Shown here: piece by piece, positions 1 to 12,056 of the stretch
Position numbering within the stretch: the first letter of the stretch is position 1
Layout: each line of letters begins with the position of its first letter
Assembly (NCBI RefSeq): GCF_009914755.1
Contig: NC_060939.1
Length of the DNA stretch: 64,000 nucleotides
Source of the DNA: the human T2T-CHM13v2.0 reference genome, Homo sapiens
Reading direction: 5' to 3' (one strand)
Translations under genes and position numbers: made by a program
The notes under the pieces: model-generated
Told to the model about the DNA's origin: nothing
What the model saw: the letters and a program-made list of their open reading frames with translations, nothing else
The model's database searches: none

Positions 1-351
1 TTCTTGGGGAAAGTGGGAAAGTAAGTCCATCCCTGGGGACACTCAGAAACAGATCAGGCCTGCTTTTGAAAGGCTTATTGATACCAGATCTGAAAGCTCT
101 CCCAAGACACTCAGATTACTGCTTTCATGACTACAGGGCTGTTTCTCTAAAGGCAGCAAGCAGGCATACAGAGACCTTCACAAGTCTTACAATGATTAAA
201 AAGGGGTAAAATTACCCAAATCACCAATAATTCATCTCAATATCTTCTTCCACCTATTCTACCCTATTTCCATATCAAATTGACTTACTGAGCCATCAAT
301 TCAGCTAAAAGGGAAGTCCTATTGATTGTTTAAAATATCCGTTTTAAGTCT

Positions 352-855
352 TGTGGTAGACAGAAAAATGGCCTTCAAAGATGTCCACACTCAGATCCCC
401 AGAACTATGAATTTTATTACCTCACATGGCAAAGGTGACTTTGCAGATGTGATTAAGGTCACCAACCTTGAGATGGGGAGATTATCCTGGATAATCTGGG
501 TGGGGCCACTCTAATCACATGAGTCTTGAAAGAGAAGAAACTTTCTCAGCTGTGGACATAGAACCAGAGAGGTGGCAGTGGCAGCATGAGAAGAATTCAA
601 CTTGCTGCGTTGGCGAGGAAGACGGAAGAAGGAGGTCACAAAGCATGGAATGCAGGCAGCCCAGCAGCTGGGAAAAGCAAGAAAATGGATTCTCCCTCAG
701 AGCCTCTAGAAGGGAGGGCGGCCTTACCAACATCTTAATTTTAGTCCAGTGATACCCATGTCGGACTTCTGACCTAAAGAACTGCAAGGTAAGAAGTTTG
801 TATTGTTTAAGCCATCAAGGCTGTGGTAATTTTTTTACAGCAGCAATAGAAAATT
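352..855 (+). mobile_element. MLT1 (MaLR) LTR, MLT1D-like
   Basis: tgtggtagacag...gactttgcagatgtgattaagg...gagattatcctggat...acagcagcaatagaaaa. Confidence 0.75.
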
Positions 856-1462
856 TGGACTGTGTAGTCTTCATCACCTCAAGCTTGGATTAGCACAATA
901 GAAAATTTCCAGTCTCCCCAGCCTCCAGCTTCTTAGTCTCCACGTCATCTTAGAAAATCTCATTCCACTAAACTCTTGTCAAATATTACTCTACTCATTC
1001 TACTCCCCTGTCCAAGAGCCTACAAATGGCAATTTTTCAAACTAAGCACCTCTGAACATCAGATCTGTGGTGTCCTCTTTGGGCCTGCCAAGGGGGGAAG
1101 ATGGGAGGCTCACCATGCACCTATTTTAATGGCAAAAGTTCTGGTCTGACTGTTCTACACTGTGTACTTCAGAATAAAATTAGGCTGAAAGAATGGGTTC
1201 CATTGCTTTACAAGTATTTGACCTATAGCATTAAATATAAGCTTCTCGGCTCAATTTTTAAGGCCTGCACAATCTCACCCTACTCTGTTCCTCTAGTCTA
1301 TGAACTCCTTTAGTCCCCAAAAGTAATCTTTCACATAAATCAGAACAATTTACTCACAATACCTACAAATAGTTATGTTCCTATTGATACCCACACACTG
1401 AAGAGTGCAAATACTGAAGCTTAAAATCATTCAGTCTTCTCTCAACTCGGAGAAAGACTTTC

Positions 1463-1716
1463 TTTTTTTTTTTTTTTTTTTTTTTTGAGACGGAGTCTCT
1501 CTCTGTCGCCCAGGCTGGAGTGTGGAGTGCAGTGGCGTGATCTGGGCTCGCTGCAAGGTCCGCCTCCCGGGTTCACGCCATTCTCCTGCCTCAGCCTCCC
1601 CGGCAGCTGGGACTACAGGTGCACGCCGCCACGCCCGGCTAATTTTTTGTAGTTTTGGTAGAGATGGGGTTTCACCGTGTTAGCCAGGATGGTCTCATGA
1701 GCCACCACGCCCGGCC
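1463..1716 (-). mobile_element. AluY-like element with internal left-arm deletion
   Basis: Poly-T plus Alu body; ggtctc is joined directly to atgagccacc; TSD-like agaaag(a/c)ctttct. Confidence 0.9.
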
Positions 1717-1828
1717 CAGAGAAAGCCTTTCTATTCACCTCCAGACCTTTTTACACCAAGAAACCAACCCAACTTCCCTATTCCCTCCCTGCCAAGTAAA
1801 GTCTACCTCTTCTACTCCAGGGAGCATT

Positions 1829-2897
<1,069 letters not shown>

Positions 2898-3884
2898 CAG
2901 AGCTATAGGGAGTCACTGTGTATGCCAAGGGAATGCCTCTCCTATCTCATGAGTCACTTTCCTCCAGCTTATTTGAGAGTCAATTTGTTTTAAGATCTAA
3001 TTCTACATTGTTGCCTAGTTTCTTCTCAGAACCACTCCTGTTTAGTCCCCGTAAGTCTCCAAACCCCAACTCAGATGGGGCCTCTGATCACTTCTGTTGA
3101 TTACTGGGGGGATTCTAAGATTTCCTTTAGCACAATGTCGTCATCATCAGGTTAAAATCAGAGGAGATGTGATCCTTGGAGAGAATACTCCCATTCTCCG
3201 CTTTATCCCTTCTTAGCCTAAAATGCCACTAACCTTGTATGCAACATGCTTTAATGAAGGTTTGTAATAACTGAAAGGATCGTAATGTAAATCAAAAGCA
3301 AAAATGGAAAGAAAAAGTAAAACTGGATGTCAAATTTGACTGCAAACAAAGATCAAGGTGAAATGTTATAACATTTAATCGCAAGGTTTCCAATAGCTGC
3401 CTGTTCTTCCTGGGGCTTGGTAGTTCAATTCAACAGGTTGAACAATACACCCATTGTTCTTCCAAATAAATGTTAGTTGTTGATAAGGTTAGCTCAGGTT
3501 AGTTTCTATTACTTACCAGCAAAAGACTACTAATATATCCTTTACAAAAAATGGTTCTATGGCCACATGTGCTTGGGAAATGCTTACAGAGCACATAGCC
3601 CAGCTTGGAAATTCACAATGGTCATTAAAGACTCTGAGAAGTCCTGCAATACAGACACGACTTTAATATATAAGCCATTATTACCAAAGAGTATGTCCCA
3701 AACTTTTGTCAGTGTAAAACTTCCATTAGCAATACGTGAATACAATGAATGCATGGAGGCAATCACATCATTATTCCAAAAGAATTTGCCAACTCATCAG
3801 ATTGTCTTGGCCACATTTCATGTAGCATTTTATGAATAATTTGCATTAACATATTGATTAAAAGTAAAAGGGATAATACTTTTG

Positions 3885-4178
3885 TTTTTGAGGCAGAGTC
3901 TCACTCCGTGGCCCAGGCTGGAGTGCAGGTGGTGCGATCACTGCTCACGGCAGTCTCGACTTGCCAAGCTCAAGCAATCCGTCCACTTCAGCCTCCAAAG
4001 TAACTGAGACTACAAGCGCGTGCCACCACGTCCAGCTAATTTGTTAGTTTTTTGTGTGTGTGGAGACAAGGTCTCACTGTGTTGCCCAGGCTGGTCTCTA
4101 ACTCCCAAGCTCAAGCAATTCTCTCGCCTTGACCTCCCAAAATGTTGGAATTACAGGCATGAGCCACCACACCCAGTC
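3885..4178 (-). mobile_element. AluJ-like
   Basis: Diverged Alu; TSD gggataatacttttg. Confidence 0.9.
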
Positions 4179-4618
4179 GGGATAATACTTTTGAAATGCC
4201 CTTCTTGGTAATCCAGGGTTTTTTCTTTACTTACCCTTTATTGCTCAGAATATGGGAGGGTGAGATCGAAGAAGTTTTTAAAGAAGAGAAGGTCTCTAAA
4301 CAACAAGAAAAGACAGGAAACAGCAGAAAGAAAGAATATGGCCGAGAAATCTAAGGATCCTAGCTTTCCCCTGCTACCCTCCTCACCTCTCCTGAGTCAA
4401 AAATATGGGGGAGAGGGGTATTTGTTGCTCTCCTGAAAAGTTTTCAAGCCCTTTAAAGAAGCCCCATGATACAGAAATATGTTTGGTGATCTGAAATGTA
4501 TTCCCAAATGAAAATATTGCAAAGAAACGTGTTTTACATTAAGAAATAACGAAGGCATGTGATCAAGGGTACACATTAATTTTGCGAGAGCATTTTACAG
4601 GAAAAATATCTTGATTCC

Positions 4619-4936
4619 TGTTATGGACTGAATGTGCCCCACCCTCCCAAATTTAATGTTAAAGTCCTAACCGCTGGTCTGATGGTATTTGAGATGGGGC
4701 CTTGGGGAGGTAATCAAGTTTAAATTAAGTCATAAGGGTGGGGTCTTAATCCAAGGAAAGACCATATGAGTACACAGAGAGAAGGTGGCCTTCTGCAACC
4801 CACAAGAGAGCCCTTAGCAGAACACCACGATGATGGCACCCTGACCTTGGAGCCTCCAGAACTGTTTGAAAATTAATTTCTGTTGTTTAACTTAGTCTAT
4901 GGTATTTAGTTATGGCAGCCCAAGGTAACTAAGACA
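4619..4936 (+). mobile_element. MLT1A-like MaLR LTR
   Basis: tgttatggactgaatgtg ... gttatggcagccc...aactaagaca. Confidence 0.75.
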
Positions 4937-5858
4937 TATCTAAGTATTTCGAAGGAAGAATATCTTGATTCCTGAGCTTTCACAAAATGGGTTAAAATGT
5001 TCCTAGTTCCCAAAACTCTGATGCAATAATTGCAACTTAGTGCCCCTTAGTTATAATGTATGTTTCCAGACGTTACTTGTTTCTGACATTGAGTCCATAT
5101 TTACCTTGTTTGGTTTAATATAATTACAGACAGGAACATTGCTTGAGCTTCCATCATCATACCTTGAAATTTATGAGCCAAAGATCAGGCTGAAAGGCTA
5201 ATTAATATTACTGAAGATGAACTGAAAAGATTCCTTGGGCAGACTGATGGGTCAATAGAAGTTTCCAGGGTTTTCATCACCAAACATATTTAACAATCGA
5301 AATACGCTGGTCAGCTTACAAAATCTCAGTGTTTGCCCGTTACACTGCATTACTACTACTATGAAAATAGTCCGTGTGCTGGAGTGAAACCAGTTCTGCT
5401 ACTCTAGCCAAATGGAGCCAAACAATTAATGTCTGAACCAGGTATAAAGATGGTCTGCATTATATGTTTACTTTTCCAGTCCAATTGGATGCCCTCCAAA
5501 GATGAGAGAGGGAGACACAATATGAAGAGATCATATAAGCCAGAGGAGACAGTGGGAGCTTAGAGTTGACTTAGTTTTTAAAGAGCTTTCCAGTTTAGTC
5601 CATGTGATTCCCCTCCACCTACTCTTTTCCCCTTATCTAATCTTGAACAATTAAAACCAGCAAATATATTTCTTACACTAGAATTTACATTAAAATTTCA
5701 CTTTACATTCTACAGTGTTTCAGCCTTGCAGTCCTGTTTAACTATTGGGGCCTCGTTAGCGACTTGTTTATTTAATAGTCTCAGCAAAACTAAGAAATAA
5801 GCAAATATTCTGAATGCTGCCTGGTCTGCAGTTATTCTTTTTAAAAAAAAATTTTTTT

Positions 5859-5971
5859 AAAGACTAGTCAAGCATAGTAGTGAGAAGGGGAGAAAGTAGA
5901 ACAAGGAGTTTCAGATCAAACTCCTGACTGTGAACAATCGGTTGAGATAACTCCCTACCTTCGGGCCAGCC
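5859..5971 (-). pseudogene. Retroposed Y1 RNA (RNY1) pseudogene
   Basis: Reverse complement reads GGCTGGCCCGAAGGTAGGGAGTTATCTCAAC...CTTGACTAGTCTTT, matching hY1; A-tail; degenerate TSD tgca(g/a)tta(t/c)tctt at 5827-5839 and 5973-5985. Confidence 0.92.
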
Positions 5972-6349
5972 ATGCAATTACTCTTAATACAATTGTACCA
6001 CAGAAGCATTGCTAAGAACACAGACCCTGGCTCTGCCTCTATATTTAAGGTAATGGAGCCTTTATTAAAACGGTCCACAGTATAGTATACTTGGTAAAGC
6101 TGGTAATATTGGTTATATGTGACATTATTCTTTTCAGGATGTCTTGACCCCCACAGATTCTCTAGAAATAAATCCCCTAAAGCAGTGGTCTTTAACCAGG
6201 GGTGGGCAACAGAATCACCCTGGAGATTTTGTGTAGTCAGTTGGTGATGGGGCTTGGATATGTGCATTTACTCTAGCTCTTTTGATGATTCTCCTGTGTA
6301 CCCTGGCACTTAAGCCATCTGCTTATAAAAGATAATTCTTATTCTTATT

Positions 6350-6652
6350 CTTTTTTTTTTTTTTTTGAGATGGAGTTTTGCTCTGTCGCCCAGGCTGGAG
6401 GGCAATTGTGTGATCCAGGCTGGCTCACTGCAACCTCCACCTCCTTGATTCAAGTGTTTCTCCTGCCTCAGTCTCCCAAGTAGCTGGGATTGCAGGCATG
6501 CACCACCACACCTGGCTAATTTTTGTATCTTTAGTAGAGACAGCATTTCACCATGTTGGCCAGGCTGGTCTCAAACGACTGACCTCAAGTGATCTGCCCG
6601 TCTCGGCCTCCCAAAATGCTGGGATTACAGGCATGAGCCACCACGTCCGGCC
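6350..6652 (-). mobile_element. AluS
   Basis: Full-length Alu with poly-T. Confidence 0.92.
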
Positions 6653-8169
6653 TGTTTTTATTTCACTTCCTAAAACTCAATGATGCTTTAAAATGAAATA
6701 ACAATAGTCTTTCTCTGGACTGTAATTACAGAACTTTTGGCTCCTAGTGCTTCTACGCCACTGGCATAATTCAGAGTATGCTTTTCATGGTGATTATGTT
6801 TGTTAAGAGAGATTGGGTATTCAGTGTATTAGGGAGAACTATAGTTCTGAGTTTGTGGCTTAAGTATTCTGCTCCCTTTGAGCCTTTAGTTCAATGAGGC
6901 AGTCATTTGTGAGCTTGTCCAAAGTAATTTTGCAGAAATAAATGCTTGTTTTGTTGATTATCTGCTAGCTCCTTAACTGTTTATTTAACTGCCATTCAAT
7001 GTCAATCTACTGAGCTACTTACATGCTTAAGAGTTCTGTGTTGGTCTTATGAAATCAAGTCTACATATATTTATCTGGTCTTTGTGCTCTTCCCAAGAAC
7101 CTGGCAGGAACATTTTTGTGGGTTTCATAAATTATACCCCAGTTCAGTGTTTTCACATTCAGCCATATATACTCTCGGGGGAGTATAAGACATTCCAAGG
7201 AGTTTCCTGATGGTATTCTGGACAAAACAGTTTTATAAGAATGAACCGTCAGCTAGTCAACATACAAATGTACTTTTTACTGAAACTGATCTGCCTATAT
7301 TCTAGCCCTTCTTCCTACCTCCTCTATTGCAATTGCCCTTTTGCAAAAGATGGGCACACTTACCTATCCAAAACCTGACTGGCACCTTATCCTATGGTAT
7401 AAAAACCTCTGGGCTTGAAACAAAGGAGCACTTCTAAATTTTGGTACCAGAACCCAAAGTATGGCTTCTGTCTTTTTTTGGCTTACACATATTTCTATTA
7501 AGCGTGAACTGTGGCATGATAAATGAGTATTTTGTTCCATGATGGAATGTTCTAAATTGAAATATAGATTCCTTCAGTTATAGGAAATGATGACAATTTT
7601 CCATTAATTTTTTCAGTTCTTCCATTCCTCAATGATCGCCAAAGAACATATTCCCCCGAGGAGGAGTTTGAGAGTTTTGTTCAAACTCACAAAAAACTAA
7701 GACAGCTCAACTGTCTATTGGAGATCCTCTCCATGGGAGGTTTGGGCAGAAGGACAGTGATCCAGATGGAGGTCGGAGATGAGAAAGAGGAGCAAAGAAA
7801 GTAATAAAAGCATGGGTAAATATTTTTTTAATGACTATAAAAAGTAGTAAAATAATGATGCTTATTGAGATTAAAAGATACATTTAATACACTAGACAGT
7901 AATAGCATATTTGTCAAAAGAAGGGTTAATGGTGTTAAAGCAGTCTAAGGTCCTTGAGTTATCCAGAAGACAATCATTTTGATTAATTTTATATTTTAGA
8001 CACTGTATGTTTTAATTTATTTAAAATAATAAAACTAAAGAGTAAAACATCTAAATTAGAGGGGAAAGGTGAAATAAAAAACATTTAGTAAATTTCACAG
8101 AAGGCAGGAAAAGGTTTTAAAAAGGAACATCTGAAACCCAAATTAAGATAGGTTTAAATCCATCATGAA

Positions 8170-8480
8170 GGTTATATGATAGTGGAGGAAACAAACAGCT
8201 AACGAGTCAAGTGAATATACATGTAATTTTACATAGCAATATATACTATGCAGAAAAACCCAACAGGGTAAAGCATTAGATGCTGCCTAGGAGGAGACTA
8301 TTTTTAGGTAAGGGAAGACCTAAGATAGAAAGAGGAGGTAAGTAAGACTCCAAGGGTTTTTATCGTGAGCAATAACAGGTTGAGAAGGGAAGAGGAGCCA
8401 AGGAGACTGAGGAGACAGCCAGTGAAATGGGAGGAAGTGTTTCAAGAAGGATGGTATGATCAACTGTGAAATTAAGAATG
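8170..8480 (+). mobile_element. L2 fragment
   Basis: gagccaaggagactgaggagacagccagtga / gtttcaagaaggatgg motifs. Confidence 0.5.
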
Positions 8481-8558
8481 CTTGGCTTATTTACTACAAA
8501 CATCTCTCCCAGACCTGGAAACACAGCCAGTAGCAAGGTCAGTATTAAGTTACCACAA

Positions 8559-8815
8559 GGCCAGGCACAGTGGCTGATGCCTGTAATCCTAGCACTTGGG
8601 CAGGCCAAGAAAGGCGGATTGCTTGAGCCCAGGAGTTCAAGAGACCCGCCATGGGCAACATGGTGAAATTGCATCTCTACAAAATGTACGAAAAATTAGC
8701 CAGGCGTGGTTGCACGTGCCTGTAGTCCCAGCTATCTGGAAGGCTGGGGTGGAAGGACCACCTGTACTCCAGCCTTGGTGACAGAGTAAGACCTTGTCTC
8801 AACATCAACAACTGC
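8559..8815 (+). mobile_element. AluJ-like with right-arm deletion
   Basis: Alu body; TSD agttacca. Confidence 0.88.
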
Positions 8816-9037
8816 AAAAGAGTTACCATAGACTCAACAGGGGACATATAAATCTACAGCGCACAGTGGCTAAACGCAAGGGTTCTGAGGCCAGACTATC
8901 TGAATTGTGGTTTAACCTCCTTCTAGTTGTGATCTGTGTGATCTTGGGTAAGTTATTTAATCACTCTGTGCTTTGGTATCCTCATCTGTAAAATGGGGAT
9001 AAAGAATTTGTTTCCTCTAGTTGTCATGATTAAACGA

Positions 9038-9643
<606 letters not shown>

Positions 9644-9879
9644 TCGAGTTAATATTTTTTAAAGCACTTAGAATACACCTGACATAAAGTAGTAACAATG
9701 TGTATCTTTGTTAAAATGAGAGAGAAATCCCCAAAATGGCAAAGATAGGAAAAACAACCATGCTTTTCAAGTACTGACTTGCATTTTCAGAAGGTTCAAA
9801 TTGGCACTAGACTTAGGTAATTGAATTAATCAGCATGACTGATAGGATAACTATAGTCTGATAAAGAAAACACCATGAA

Positions 9880-10160
9880 GGGCAGGGTGCGGTGGCTCAC
9901 GCCTGTAATCCCAGCACTTTGGGAGGCCGAGGTGGGCAGATCACCTGAGGTCGGGAGTTCGAGACCAGCCTGACCAACATGGAGAAACCCCATCTCTACT
10001 AAAAATACAAAATTAGCCAGGCGTGGTGGCGCATGCCTGTAATTCCAGCTACTTGGAAGGCTGAGGAGGAGAATTGCTTGAACCTGGGAGGAGGTTGGGG
10101 TGAGCCGAGATCGAGCCATTGCACTCCAGCAAGGCTCTGTCTCAAAAAAAAAAACAAAAA
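9880..10160 (+). mobile_element. AluSp-like
   Basis: gaggtcgggagttcgag...accaacatggagaaac. Confidence 0.9.
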
Positions 10161-11427
10161 CTATGAAGTAAATTATGGTTGAAACATGTTTAGTTCTTAA
10201 CTGCAGTATCTTGCATTTAAGGTGTATGTTCATAACAAGTTATATTTCTATTGTCATAAAGAACGTTCTATTAAATGCTTACTGGCTCAGAATCCTATTA
10301 CTTTTTGCCAGTTAGATTATGGCCGTTTCTCTTTTAGTCTAAAATAAACTCAGCTGAAAAGTAACAATAAACACTTTATGTATACAGATTAACAACAAAA
10401 AATAGAAGGTAACCTGCTTGGTGTTAGATATTGTAATAAGCCAAACAAGTAACTTTTGTGTAAACACTGAAGTAAGTGCTTTGAAGAATTCATAAAAGTT
10501 TATGACTCTAATTCATGTGAGAGATAAAATGCATATACATCAGAAGATTACACAATGAAAGTATATGGCTAACGACTAATGAATGATATAGTAAGTGTTA
10601 AAAGAGATAAGATGGGGCAGAGGTCACTACTGATTGTAAAAAGTTTCATGAATGAAGCGAGACTTTTATCTGGGTCTAGGAAAATGAAGTCGTTACAATC
10701 ATTACATCTTAGTACAAGCAAGGAATCAAATAGTATGTCTCTCATGTGAACATTTTAAGTAAATAACTGGAGAAAGTACTTCAACAAAATAAGGGAGCAA
10801 AATAATGTTGGCTCAAAATGAGGTCGAAAAGTTGCAGGGCTCGGATCGTGTTGCTAAAGGCATAAATTTGGGAGTCCTCAAGCTGTAGCTAATAGTTAAC
10901 GTCCAGAGAAGGTAGTGTATATTCCATAGCCTCATGCAAAGGAATTCCAACTACGAAGACGAACCAGTTAAGGAGACCGAAAAGGGGGGGCCTGTATGGA
11001 AAGGCATAGCAACGAATGTAAAATTTCCCCAATAATACTCTAAAACTGCCCCACAGCTTTTTTAATTTTGAAAATTCAAAACCATTCAATTCAGCTCGCA
11101 GATTTTTGTGAGAAATAAGGAGATACTTGCAGCTCAGAAAAAATTATTAACAACTATCTAGAAAGTTACTGCTTTATCCCCCACTGTAAACTATACTACC
11201 ACGACCCGGGATCCTTGTTCGACTCCTAGCCAAGGGGTTCCCACTGCGTTTCTGTTGGGTTATCCCAAACCTGTGATAGGATAGTAGCGCCCTCCCTGCC
11301 TCCGGTCGAATAAACACTACAACGTCTGACACTCGGTGCTGAAAGGAAATCGGGCGCAATAACTGTCACCGGCGCCGAGATGCGGTTCCGGCGCTTAGGG
11401 CGCCGCTAAACTCAGAGCCCGGGAGTC

Positions 11428-11452
11428 ATGGCTGCGGGCGGTGCCGCCCCAG
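11428..11452 (+). CDS. DUT: Upstream alternative first coding exon (MAAGGAAP); splicing to 12529 gives a 167-aa NLS-bearing isoform (matches my recollection of DUT isoform 4)
   Basis: gtcATGg Kozak context, 25 coding nt, donor CAG|gtaaat at 11453; phase 1 is compatible with the acceptor at 12529; total 504 nt. Confidence 0.8.
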
Positions 11453-11776
11453 GTAAATCAGTCCAGGAGCAGGGCCCGGGCCTGGCGTACACTCTCGGAA
11501 AAATGGGGGCCAGAGCAAACAAGAAGAGCGAAAGCAAGAGGGCTAGGCAGCCAGAGGCGGCAGCAAGACTCAAGACGCCAACGGCGCCGTCTTCCTGGGG
11601 CCCCAGGGCCTGCGCCATCCCTGGGCTGCCGGGGCACCGCCTCTCCACGCCCCTCGTCCGGCGGCGGCTGCGACTGCTTCCGAGGTCATGTTCCCAGGAC
11701 GGGCGCGTCTTCAGGGTGGAAGCCTGGCGCACGTCCGGAGGTGCCGAGGACCCAACCAGCCCAAACTCTGGGGGAA

Positions 11777-12056
11777 ATGACTCCCCTCTGCCCTCGCCCC
11801 GCGCTCTGCTACCATTTCCTTACGTCTCTGCTTCGCTCAGCGATGCAAAACGCGCGAGGCGCACGGCAGAGGGCCGAAGCCGCGGTACTCTCCGGGCCAG
11901 GCCCGCCCCTCGGCCGCGCCGCGCAGCACGGGATTCCCCGGCCGCTGTCCAGCGCTGGCCGCCTGAGCCAAGGCTGCCGCGGAGCCAGTACAGTCGGGGC
12001 CGCTGGCTGGAAGGGCGAGCTTCCTAAGGCGGGGGGAAGCCCGGCGCCGGGGCCGG
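11777..12056 (+). CDS. DUT: DUT-M-specific exon (93 codons + 1 nt; mitochondrial targeting region)
   Basis: [27 protein letters not shown]...GSPAPGP, donor CGG|gtagga at 12057. Confidence 0.95.

Noticed and set aside
5911-6267. 118-aa minus-strand ORF
   Set aside because: Runs through a MER5-like fragment and the Y RNA pseudogene; no coding signature
11503-11520. MGARAN resembles the retroviral Gag myristoylation start MGARAS
   Set aside because: Five-residue match in GC-rich DNA with no other Gag similarity; chance
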